Below are positions 48,372 through 60,629 of a DNA stretch of 64,000 nt, piece after piece. Every line of letters starts with the position of its first letter. The first letter of the stretch is position 1. Under the pieces are notes generated by a model. That model saw nothing but the letters and a program-made list of their open reading frames with translations. It did no database searches and was not told where the DNA came from. The stretch spans positions 94,116,001 to 94,180,000 of the forward strand of contig OZ024744.1 in assembly GCA_964016885.1 (NCBI GenBank), written 5' to 3'. The stretch is from Eledone cirrhosa (Eukaryota). A program made the position numbers and the translations under genes.

Positions 48372-51020
48372 AATAATATTAAATAAATGGAAACTATATT
48401 TATAAAACCATATTTATTCTATTATATATATATTTCAAGGGTACCAAAAACTTTGGTACGCTTTCATCAGATAAAATACAAAGTGTGTTTTATAAATTTT
48501 TACATAGCCAAGGAAACATACCTTATCAGTTGAAGTATTCCTTGGATAGTGGATTTTAAATTGTTAGGATGAGTATGCTAATGAATATGTAAATGAGGTT
48601 GGGTATATGATTGAAAAACCGTTATTTTAGATGCTGGGGAAATTTAGATATATGTTTGTATTATTAGGAGAGAAAGAAAAAGGGAGAAAAGGGAGAAAAA
48701 GAAAAAGAAAAGAAGCCCACATATTTACGTTTATTTGGGGAAAGAAAAATCTGAATATTTACCTATATTATACTTATATGGAGAATTATGTTTGTAAGTA
48801 TTTATCTTATTGAAATATTGTATTAGGATATATGTATAAATATCTATATATATATATTCATAATTGTTAAAGAGATGTTGATAATTTACAGTTATTAGTT
48901 GTTTATAATATGAATTACGAGGGATGTTGATTTTGTGTTATATGTAAATAGATAGATTTGAATATTTTGTTCAGCGTTGAAGATGTATTATAATATTGTT
49001 AACTTAAAGGAGTTATGTATATAATAACTGAGAAAGGAAAGATAACTCCAATTTAGTTTGTTAATCGATGAATTTGAAGAAGTGTGAGATTAATTATTTT
49101 AGTCGAAAGATGTGTGAATGTTTGAGAATCATAAAAACTAAAAGAGGAGATACGTGATGTGTTTATCTAAGAAACTGTCGTGAAGAGGATAAATTATTCA
49201 ATTAATGATTATAGATCTACGTCTAAAAAATTTTTTTTATAGAAAGTGTCATTAGAAAAATAATAATCATGTAAGAATTAAAAGATTAAAAATTAAAATT
49301 ATATGCATACACACATATATATATATATAAATAAATATATATATGTATATATATATTAAAGATATTACCATTTAAATAATATTAGAGATATTACCATTTA
49401 AAAATATTAAGATGTTAAAATATAAAAAATTTTAAATTGTTAAAGAAGATAGGATCATTTTAAAGGTTTAAAGAATATTATAAATTAAACATAGTTCTGA
49501 ACGTGGAATGTTGGTGATGTCTGCAAGAAGAAAATAATTCTGTTCTTAGATTAATAGAGTTTTGACAGTTAATTATATAAAAAATGTTGTCGATACACAA
49601 TTTACAGAATTTTGATAAAGCCATATTTCGGTACGCAGGTGCTTTCGAAATCGTTTTCCAAGCTATTGAATAGTCTATATTCTTGCTTTTTAAGATGTGA
49701 AAGTGAAGTAGAAGATTTTTTATCAGATCTTTTAAAAGTATGATTATGGTTATTCCAATGTTCTTTAAATTCTGTAGAAGTGGCACCGACATAGTTAAAT
49801 ATATTATCTCTAGTTTTAACAGTGCATTTATAAACTACATTAACTAAACAATTATTTTGTAAAGGGCAATTTGATTTGATTCTACAGTTACATTTTACGG
49901 AGTTGTTGCTCGGAACGGTACTATTATACTGGATTATTATTATTGCAATTTTGGTTATTTTGGTTAGGGTTTAAATTTAAGTTTCTATTTTTCTATTATT
50001 AATTCTATTTATGTTTTGTGCTATGTTCATAGTAGTAGAGTAGGATAGTTTTATAGAATGTCTGTTAAAAATAGAGTGGTATCTGTGGGCTTTAGGAAAA
50101 CATTTGTCTAGTGCTTTAAAAAATAGCTTAGCTAAAGGTGTTTTAACGCTTAAAGAGAAGGGGAAGTACCAAATAATATTTCTAGTTCTAATTTTTTTGT
50201 TTGGTTTAGTGTTTAAGTTAAATTGTTTATTACTGTTATAATTAATACTAGGATGATTTGCCATGTTATTGTTATCGATGTATTTAATTTTATTTGAATA
50301 TCCTGCTCTATTTAAAGCTTCATTATAATATTCAGCCTTATCATCAAAAATATTTTTATTAGCAGAGATACGTGAAATCCGTTGTTGGACGCTATTGACA
50401 ATAGTGTTTTTAATACTTCTAGGATGATTCAAGTTAAAACTTACGTAATTTAGATTTTCGTTAATTTTATGGAAAGGATAGTAAAGACCTGTGCTAAGGT
50501 TGAAGGTTATGTCTAAGAAGTTAACAATTTTATAGTTATTCTCTATTTCTAACTTAAGGTTGTAGTTATTGAAGAATTGTATTATGGATTTTCTTTTCCT
50601 ATTAATTTCACAATTACTATAGTTTTCAATTAAAAGCAGCATATCATCACGATATAAACCACCGGTCATCTCTGGTATTTTCCTATGCAGTGCATTGTTA
50701 ATAAATAAACCAACAAGATCCGTTATTTGCGCCGAGTCAGATGATCCCATAGTGATATCAAAATTATTTTTTCTATCGGCTCTTGTCCAGAGATGATTAT
50801 TGAATTCTATTAATGTTTTCCGTGCTGTTAGAATTATATTCATTTCTTCACTAGATAGGTCTGTATGTTTAGATGTGTATATAAGTAAACTAGGAGTAAT
50901 AGAGGAGTAATTTTTTGTTATGTTTAAATTTTATGTTATTGAACCAATCTATAACTTCGTTAGTACCGTTCCATAGTTTCAGGTGTGATTTTTCTTTAAG
51001 TTGTGGTATAATTCTATCTA
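48372..51020 (-). mobile_element. Second Naiad-type element, 5' truncated, convergent with the first; HHR at 48417-48476
   Basis: ORF 49977-50843 GGLYRDD/NFLDI; CNC...CPL and VVYKC...YVG at about 49780-49895; CKLC. Confidence 0.9.
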
Positions 51021-51048
51021 AGTGTCTAAGGCATATATATATATATAT

Positions 51049-54000
51049 ATCAAAATGAAAATCCGAAGGTAAGGTAAAATTCCAATCATTTAATCACGAC
51101 ACATGTTTCAATAAGAAATAGATCGATTGTGAAGCCATGATCGATTATCACTGATCTCATCAGGTGAAAATGAATTGTCTTCAAATTCTTGATATGAGGG
51201 AGAAAAAATAACGATGTTCTCTCACAGAATTCATTCCCTCATATGGAGACACACCAGTCAGTCAGAGACATGGCGACTGCTATTAGCTTTAGTTGAGGTC
51301 ATAAAAGTTTTCAGATTTCTATCGCTGCAAAAGACGCTGGACATCAATCAAATCTGTAGGGATACAGTCATTCACAGTTAAAAGTGAGTGGGTACACACA
51401 CACTCCACACCTACATACATCGGCTCGAGGTCAAAGAAAAATATATACATATATTTATACACATCAACACAGTATTAAACCCGTAGAATTAGCGTGGGTG
51501 GGTACACACACACTTTCACACACACCGAAGTGATGTCCAAGAAAAAACAAATATAAGAATGTACCAACACAGCACTCACCGAAAGTTAGTTCACAAAGCA
51601 ACAGAAGCTATGTCGGTCAAATCTCAATTTGACGATGTAAATTGGAAATATTGGGTTAACCAACGCTACACACACATACACACACGCGCGCGCGTGCGCG
51701 CAAGTAAGTTCAGTTCAGTTTTTTGCTATACGTGTATAGATCCAATTGTAACATCCATATCTTCAAGTGAGTGTTATGGTATATACACATCCGAATCGTC
51801 CAAAAAATGTGAAGAGCAAGCAATCAGCTCAAGTCGAACTCCTTGTGTACCGCTGTCCCGTTGAGAATCCGTGTTGCCAAATCCGTGCGTGCAAGCAACT
51901 GCAATGTGGGCCAGCAAAGGGCTCCGTGTAGGGTTGGGTATTGGGTAAATGCGTCCGCAAGTGCGATTTCCCGTCACATAGGCCAATGAGTTTTTAAGAT
52001 AGTTGTTTGAGTGGTGGAGGTGTGTTATCCAACACAGAAGGTGAAGTAAGAAAACACAGGATAGTAAAATCCAAAGGATGTGTGTAGGCCCATTAATGGT
52101 GTGTCAGTATTATTATTCAATCCGTAACAGTGAGTCCTCCATGGTTAGATGATCACGCATCAAAACCTGGTGTAGTGTTCAGTCGGTAGAAACGTGACAG
52201 TTGCAAATGTGGGAGCTCAATGTCTAAAGGAAACGGGTACTGTGTGTAGAGCTATGTATAGAGAGTGTAATCGGTCCTAACTAAGTGTGTAATCAATCTA
52301 ACTATTTACTAGCTAGGTATTCTAAAAGAGAGCACTCAGCTGTGAGAACTCCGTGGAAACAGGCCAAGTATCTTTGCAAGTGCGCAAACAATCTTAGCCG
52401 TCTAACTACCTAAGTGTCCATTTATTGAGAGAACTCTATGGCTAAAATAGAGAGGGAGGAGTTATTGGTAGGTTACCTTCCAAAAATCCTGCAGAAGGTT
52501 TTCGAGGTTCTATGTTGACAGTTGCTGAAAAAATCTGCTCTTCTATTAATTAATAGGGGGCAGCCTCTAATAATATTAAAAGTTTCAGCTATACATAAAT
52601 TGCAGACGCCAGTGCTGCCGTTATAAGGTTGGGCTGAGCAAACTATGGACCAGGATAAGGAGTGCTCTATATTCTGATGTTTAAGCTTCCAGATTAATTC
52701 CGAAAGTGCCGTGCTATTTTTTTTATCTAATCTATTAAAGGTATGGCGGTGATTATACCATCTATCCTTAAATTCCGTGACAGTTGCCCCAACATACCTA
52801 AAGGTTCTATCAGGAGTGGAGACCTTACAGTCGTAGACTATGTTTTTGGTAAGGCATTTCCCAGCCATGGGACAGGTGGTGGTGCTTCTGCAGTTACATT
52901 TTTTGCTATCGATCTGGGTAATTCTGGATGGACCACGGTACCTTTGGGGTCGGGTATCAGTTCCAGTCTGCTCTATGGGCAAATTCCCTGGGGTTGGGGA
53001 GACCCAACTCGCCTCACATGTATGAGTCAGTTCCTCAATAGAGCTGCCATTGTTCCTGCCATGCCTAATTCCCTCATTGGCTGTCCTAAGTCTACTATAA
53101 TTCATCTTAGCTATATTCTGAGCTATGTTACTAGTTGTGGAGTAGGACAGCTTGATGGTATTTCTATTGAATATTTTATAATATCTGTGCGATCTAGGGA
53201 AGCATTTGTCTAAGGCCCTAAAGAAAAGCTTAGCTATACTAGTGGTCTGGCCAGTGGAGTAAGGGGGATTATACCACAGGACTTTTCTGGTCCGATGCCT
53301 CTTGTTCCTACTAACTATATTAGAATTACCTGTCTCCCTAGTAGTTACTGGTCTATTGTAACTGGAAATTACCTGTGGGTCGATTGTGTCCTGGGGTGTC
53401 ACGATTGTGTTCGGAATCGTCCCAAGTCTCCAGGGTGGTGTACCCCCCGTGCGGCTATTGGGGTTACCCTCGATGGCTGGGGTTGTATCCGCTATGCGTC
53501 TGCTACACCTGTTCCTATTCCCCCTACTCGACCTTCATTCCATACTGCGTTCAACGGTAGTTTTATCGGTTCCACAATTAAGGTTACCATTAGAGTTTCC
53601 GCTGGCGTTACGTTGCTCAGACCCAGTGTTAGTACCTGGGTGGCTGTTTCTATTAGTACCAACAACACTGGGACTAGGCGGCAGTACAACATGAAAACTA
53701 TATGCATCCTCCCTCGTATCCCGCCTGCTGTTAACTAGAGTGTCACTATTTAGGCCTAAGCTATCGTGGGCAATGTTGCTTCTACTATTTAATGGACATT
53801 TGAATGAGATTCCCTCGCTATGCCCTGCATGTTCCAGGGCGCTATTATAGTAATTCGAGATCTTATTAAAGGTATCTACATTGGAAGATAGTCCTGAAAT
53901 TCTACTAGAGACGCTTTTGGTAATACCGTTAGTGACTATTCTAGGGTGGTTCGATTTTGCGTTGACATAATTTAGATTCTCGTTGGGTTTGTGGTAGGGT

Positions 54001-54875
54001 TGGAAGAGTCCTGAATTACGGTTAAGTGTAACATCTAGAAAATTAACTATTTTTAAATTCTCTTCAAATACTATACTTAGGTCTATGCTCTTGAAGAATT
54101 TGCTGAGTTTTTTCCTCACCCTCTCTACCATACTATTATTATGGAACGACACAGTAAACAAGACGTCGTCACGGTGAGCGCCACCTCCCAGGTGGGGCAT
54201 TCCCGCTCCGAGACAGTCAAGGAGGTAAAGGCCCACCAGATCCGTCACCTGGGCCAAGTCCGTGGATCCCATGGTGACGTCGAAATTGTCTGGCCAATCC
54301 CTCCTAGTCCACAAGTCACCATTGAATTTAATTAAGGTTTTCCTAGCTAGGAGAATAATGGTAATTTCCTCAGATGTAAGGTCGGTATGTAAGCTAGCAA
54401 AGTTAAGGGCCCTACCTAGAAGAGTTGGAGAGATTGAAGAGTAGTAATTAGAGATATCGAACTGTATAAACTTAGTGCTACTCTTATTCTGCGATTTCTC
54501 AAACCAGTTAATTACCTTAGCCGATGTATGTAGGTGTGGAGTGTGTGTGTACCCACTCACTTTTAACTGTGACTGATTGATGTTCAGCGTTTTTTGCAGC
54601 GATAGAAATCTGAAAACTTTTATGGCCTCAACTAAAGCTAATAGCAGTTGCCATGTCTCTGACTGACTGGTGTGTCTCCATATGAGGGAATAAATTCTGT
54701 GAGAGAACATCATTATTTTTTCTCCCTCATATCAAGAATTTGAAGACAATTCATTTTCACCTGATGAGATCAGTGATAATCGATCATGGCTTCACAATCG
54801 ATCTATCTCTTATTGAAACATGTGTCGTGATTAAATGATTGGAATTTTACCTTGCCTTCGGATTTTCATTTTGAT
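51049..54875 (-). mobile_element. Third Naiad-type element with 3' pLTR (51049-51423) and inverted 5' pLTR (54520-54875); HHRs at 51094-51167 (-) and 54757-54830 (+)
   Basis: RT 53535-54515 (QFDISNYY, MGS, HRDD), GIY-YIG 52473-53402 (CNCRSTTTCPM, IVY...YVG, CNLC); tcac CTGATGA...GAAA catgtg TC gtga. Confidence 0.92.
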
Positions 54876-55013
54876 ACTTATACTCTGTTTTACATCATCT
54901 AGCTGTTCCCTTGAATGGAATTGGAGATATACAAAAGCCTGGAGAACTTAATATTGCTAACATAAAGTTATTGGACCATTTTACACAACCAATAATGCAC
55001 CTTACTATATAAC

Positions 55014-55045
<32 letters not shown>

Positions 55046-55047
<2 letters not shown>

Positions 55048-55581
55048 GGAGTAGGCAGACCCAGAAAAACCTGGGATGACCTGATAAATTCCGACCTCAC
55101 ACACTTACACCTCTCCAAGACAATGTCACTGGACCGAGATCTTTGGCGGCACTCAGTAATAGAGAAGACCCGCCTTACCTAAATACAAAGTAAAACCTAC
55201 TACAGTCAGTAGGCATCTCTAACAAAATACACCCCCGTCCCACTACCCCCACCCCATCCACACCGCCCCTTTCAATGTAAAGTTATGTTGGTGCCACAAC
55301 ATCCAGGCCGAAACAAATGAGATCGTGTAGGTGTCATGACAAAAAAACACACAGTCCACGCTGTAATGTGGCCGTGTAGGCAACACGGTAAAAACCTCCC
55401 AGTCCCACACTGTAAATGTGGTTGGTGTTAGGAAGGGCATCCAGCCGTAGAAAACCAGCCAGACAGTCCTATGCGAGCAAGACAACCACTCTTGCCTCAA
55501 GTGGGAAAACTCCCGTCCAAACCCATGCAAGCGTGGAATATGGACGTTAAACGATGATGATGATGATGATGATGATGATGA
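55046..55581 (+). mobile_element. RTE LINE 3' fragment
   Basis: Matches 42878-43412; (GAT)n tail; inserted in (TA)n. Confidence 0.9.
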
Positions 55582-55917
55582 TATATATATATATATGCCT
55601 TAGACACTGTCAAAATAACATTCTTACTTAACTAATACTAAAAATAGACTAGATTAGTAGAACATTGAAACATGTTGATAAACACCACCATAAGCAAAGT
55701 ACTTCACAAATAAACTGTTAACCGATAGAAATATGACCAGTGTTTGTATATATGTTTGTTTATGTATATATGTAATGTAATGTAATGTATATGGTATATA
55801 AGTCTGTTTGTTTGTGTAAGTATGTAATGTATATGATATATAAGTCTGTCTGTTTGTGTAAGTATGTAATGTATATGGTATATAAGTCTGTTTGTGTATG
55901 TATATATATATATATAT

Positions 55918-56257
55918 GGAGGCACATGGCCTAGTGGTTAGAGCATTGGCCTTGCAATCGAAAGATTGTGAGTTCAATTCTCAGACCGGGTGATGTGTTG
56001 TTTCCTTGAGCAAGACACTTTATTTCACATTGCTCCAGTTTACTCAGCTGTAGAAATGAGATGATAGGGACCCCAGTCCCTATCATTCCACTGCAAAGTG
56101 GTTGTGGAGGTGCCACGGCAAAAAAGCACCCAGCACTCACTGTAAATGAGGTTGGTGTTAGGAAGGGCATCCAGCTGTAGAAATCAAGCCAGCATCAGTT
56201 CCCGTCCCACCCTTGCAAGCAGGGAAAAAGCGGACGTAAAATGAAATGATGATGATG
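55918..56257 (+). mobile_element. Full-length tRNA-derived CORE-type SINE with RTE 3' tail
   Basis: A box tggcctagtgg, B box gagttcaattct, core ccttgagcaagacactt, tail ggtgttaggaagggcatccagctgtagaaa...ggacgtaaaa(tga)n. Confidence 0.88.
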
Positions 56258-56600
56258 AATGATATATAATTGTAGCTATATATAAATCTATATATATTAT
56301 GTGGGTAATAATAAATATTATCCAATTACAAGTATGAAAATAGCTCAATGTAAAATAACAAGTATATAGCTGAAATAATTTATAAACAAAAATTAAAGAG
56401 TGTTTAAAACATTTAATCATTTACGATCATTTTATCCTAGTACAAGACCAGAATCAACGGAGTATATAATAAACGTTAACACAAATATAATATCATAAGT
56501 TTGTCACAAGAACATTAGGAGGTATGTTCTTGTGACAAAGTTCTGATATTATATTTGTGTTTAACCTTTATTATATACTCCGATGATTATATACGATGAA

Positions 56601-56787
56601 GGCGGTGGATTGGCAGTATCGGTAGAGGGTCGGACACCATGCTTTCCAGCAGAGTTACGTCCCTTTACGATCTGAGTTCAAATCCCGCCGAGGTTGACTT
56701 TGCCTTTCATCCTTATGGGGTTGATAAAATAAAGTACCAGTAATGCATTGGGTAATTGCTGCTTGTGCCTAAAGTAGAAACAATTAT
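56601..56787 (+). mobile_element. Full-length tRNA-derived SINE with a Tx1-like tail
   Basis: ggcggtggattggcagtatcggtag, B box gagttcaaatccc, gcctttcatcct domain; TSD attatatactc(c/t)gatgatt. Confidence 0.88.
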
Positions 56788-56871
56788 ATACTCTGATGAT
56801 TCTGGCCTTGTACTAGGATGAAATGATCGTAAGTAATTAAATATTTTAAACACTCTTTGATTGTCATTTAC

Positions 56872-56908
<37 letters not shown>

Positions 56909-56932
56909 ATATATATATATATATATATATAT

Positions 56933-57275
56933 GGAGGAACATGGCTTAGTGGTTAGAGCATTGACCTTGCAATCGAAAGGTTGTGAGTTCAATTCTCAGA
57001 CCGGGTGATGTGTTGTTTCCTTGAGCAAGACACTTTATTTCACATTGTTCCAGTTTACTCAGCTGTAGAAATGAGATGATAGGGACTGGGTTTCCTATCA
57101 TTCCACTGAAAAGTTGACGTGGAGGCGCCACGGCAAAAAAGCACCCAGCACTCACTGTAAATGAGGTTGGTGTTAGGAAGGGCATCCAGCTGTAGAAATC
57201 AAGCCAGAATCAGTTCCCGTCCCACCCTTGCAAGCAGGGAAAAGCGGACGTAAAATGAAATGATGATGATGATGA
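56933..57275 (+). mobile_element. CORE-type SINE with RTE tail
   Basis: Near copy of 55918-56257; another copy at 58447-58757 (-). Confidence 0.88.
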
Positions 57276-57279
57276 TATA

Positions 57280-57465
57280 CAGTGAAATTCCGTTATAACG
57301 AAATTCATGCGGTATGTAAACAAAATTTGTTGTAACAAAAAGTTCTTTATAATGAGATCAACTGAAACAAATTGAGCATTTGCTTGTTATTACCTCGGGG
57401 ATTGAAACAAATTTTGTTTACTGAAAAATTTGTTAAAATGGTATTCATTAAAACGGAATTTTACC
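57280..57465. mobile_element. Tigger/pogo-type MITE
   Basis: TA-cagtgaaattccgttataacgaa...ttcattaaaacggaattttac. Confidence 0.65.
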
Positions 57466-57982
57466 TTTATATATATAAATATATAAATATATATATATAT
57501 ATTTATGGCGGGTCGCTCTTCAACGGTTCTGGTAGCATATAACCCAGTAGAACCTGCGCATGGTCAGGCCGTCGGCGACTAAATTGGCAACCCCACCAAG
57601 CTTGCTTGGTGAAGTGGGTGATTTTAGACACCCTGCAAGATGAAAAACAAAACCCGTCAAAGAGCGGAGGAACTCAGGTAAGAGAGTCAACGGCCATCCA
57701 ATAAAGTTTTTTTGGTTTTTTTTGTGGAGCAAGAAACTCCATGTCTTCATTAAAACATCTCTATAGAAGGTCACTTCATTTGCATCCAATGATGTAGACC
57801 AGTTCTTCCTTTTGGGCAAATGTATTCAATGTTCAGAGAGTGGTATTGGCCCCATGCAAAACCTTTCTTCACTTAAAAAAGCTTCTCTATAACTCACCCC
57901 CACTCAAATATTTATCACAGATTTTCCTTCAATTGTTTTTCCTGCATTTCCTTTCATTCATTCTCACTATAATTCTTTTTTA

Positions 57983-58033
<51 letters not shown>

Positions 58034-59147
58034 TTTTTAATTCTTTTTATGATACCATTTTTCTCGTTCATCCATACCCATTTGTACCTTTTCTTACATT
58101 TTTCCTTAAATCATCAATGTATTGTTTATATCCGCTGGATTGACTGGGATACCAACTACTTGATTATTTAATTTTTACATTCATTACATTAGATACTTTA
58201 AATATTACCTGTCATTCTCGACAAGAGGCCAGTTTTTTTCTTTGGGGAGTCATAACAAATTAATATCCACCTCTGAACCCAATACCTAAAACCAATATAC
58301 ACTTTGCCAGTTAAATATTATTCTTAGCATATTGACTGTTGTTGAGTTTTCTAGACTTTTAACTTTTAACTCCTAATGTCTGAAATTTAGAATGTTTTTT
58401 TTTTGGGGGGGGGGGGGGGGACTTTTGGGTTGCGAAACCATGAATATCATCATCATCATTTTACGTCCGCTTTTCCCTGCTTGCAAGGGTGGAACAGGAA
58501 CTGATTCTGGCTTGATTTCTACAGCTGGATGCCCTTCCTAACACCAACCTCATTTACAGTGAGTGCTGGGTGCTTTTTTTTTTTCCGTGGCGCCTACACG
58601 ACTACTTTACAGTGTGGGCTGGGTGATTTTTTTTGCCGTACCACCTCCACCACCACTTTGCAGGGGAATGATAGGGACCCCAGTCCCTATCATCTCATTT
58701 CTACAGCTGAGTAAACTGGAGCAATGTGAAATAAAGTGTCTTGCTCAAGGAAACAACAAGACACTTTATTTCACATTGCTCCAGTTTAATGATAAGTTAT
58801 ATTAACCATAGCAGTAGATAACTTTCTCCCTTTGGTGCACTAAAATGCTGCTGGTCACCAAAGCTAGCAGTAAATAAATTTTGGCCGGTCTGAACTCCGA
58901 CTGACTATATCAAGTTGTCGGCTAAGATGGTGGGGGACTGGTAGCTAGAGAGAACCAATAAGGTTGGTGATATTCTCGGTTGTAGTCAAGTGGTCAGCCA
59001 CCCATACCCCTGTGACCACACAGGGCTGTCCGGATGTTCTGATAGTTAAAAGGGAGCAGACACTCAAAGCAAAAACATACACATTTTTTTAGTCTGCTCC
59101 TTTCCACCCAAAATTGCCTCGCAAATATTATCTTTTAATCAATTTTT

Positions 59148-59198
59148 GCTGTCTGAAGAGATCATGATATCTATCATCATTGAAATATGTATAACAGC
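59148..59198 (+). ncRNA. Type I hammerhead ribozyme in a solo pLTR-like segment
   Basis: gctgt CTGAAGA gatcatgat-atct-atcatcatt GAAA tatgta TA acagc; perfect 5-bp stem I. Confidence 0.78.
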
Positions 59199-59362
59199 TC
59201 AATTAATAAAGGACCCTAACATCTTCAACTTCGCATTTTCCTCTTTATTAAGATACTCCATCATTCTTGTTTTAAGGAAGTAATAGGACGTTGAGTGCTA
59301 GAAGTGAATTGCATCCTTGTATACCGAATGTATATATGTGTATATATGTGTATATATATATA

Positions 59363-59413
<51 letters not shown>

Positions 59414-59968
59414 AGTGAAAGAAACAAAAAATAGAAAAGAAAAAAAAAACTTGTTTTTAGCTATGACCAGCCATGCTCATGCAACATACATAAAATTTGT
59501 GATGCTTGCGCTTGAAACTTTTTTAAGTGAAGAAAGGCCTTGCACTGGACCAATCCTGCTTGCTGAACAATGGTGACAGGTATCCAAGAACAGGTTAACA
59601 TCTTTGGCTCCCAAATGTCAAGAAACAAGATGACGCCTAAGAAAAATATATCAACACCTGAAGAAATCACATGATTCAGGCATGCCAAACACACGGCCCT
59701 TTACAATCACACTTGCAGCCTACACAAAGGTTATTACAGCGCGAGCATGTTTTATTTTCATAAAATTAGTTGTAATGTTCACAATTAATTGTCGTGTGTG
59801 GCCCTCACACAACACATATGTGACCCATGTGGCCCTCGGGGTACCCTCAGTTTCACATGCCTGATAAAATTGACTTTCTTTTTCTCACCCCTCACCACCT
59901 ATCAACCCTGAAATTACTGGCCTTGTGCTAAAATTAGAAAGCATTATTAAGTTGGTATTTGGAACATA

Positions 59969-60600
59969 AACAACATCATCAGAAGGAGCTTCAATGCTGC
60001 CAGTTTCCCTTCACAACTGGAAATGACTGGCCTCGACCATGGCAATGGCAAGCACTCCAATGAATTAACCCTCTTCCCTTTCAAGGGGAGAAAGCCCCTA
60101 ATTTGGGATGTGTGGTGCAGCAAAACATTCTCTGGCTACAACCTAATCACTTCAGCCACAAACCTGGGCTCCGCTGCTTGCAATGCAGAGGAGAGGAAGA
60201 TAGTCAAATACCAGAGCCTGACCGACCGCTTCCTCTTTGCATCGGTCTCTGTTGAGACCCCTGGCATCCTTGGTCCCCGCACTGCTGATTTTCTTTATAA
60301 AGTAGGAAAGATGGCAGCCCTCTTAAGGAAGGAGCCTGCGAGTTGGGGTGGCTGTTGCAGTGGGTGCTTCTGGCTATTCTCCACAGTAACACTTTCGCCG
60401 TTTTATCCATGGGGTCTGGTTGAGGCACCGCTCAGACTGGGGTGTAATGTTTGTCTCTACCCCCTCTCCCTTTCTTTCACTGCTTGATCCTTTTTTTCTT
60501 TTTCTCTTTCTCTTTTTCTTTTACTCCTTCTTCCTTTTCTGCTCCTTATACACCAGTGTTAGTTATATCAGAAATCAACATTTTTTTTTAAATACGAAAA
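59969..60600 (+). mobile_element. 3' fragment of a CRE-like non-LTR element (restriction-like endonuclease), decayed
   Basis: NNIIRRS...LE.TGL...GK...LTLFPFKGRKPLIWDV...AA..AEERK..KY..L...F....VET.G..GP pattern; the catalytic PD is lost. Confidence 0.8.
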
Positions 60601-60629
60601 ATCCTTATCCTCACTTCCAGAATTAGCTT

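Noticed and set aside
55918-55995. tRNA-like sequence
   Set aside because: SINE head continuing into core and LINE-derived tail; not a stand-alone tRNA gene
57760-59863. Possible hAT transposase remnants at about 57800-57890 and 59500-59863
   Set aside because: Only weak similarity and a single possible terminus; too degraded to support a call
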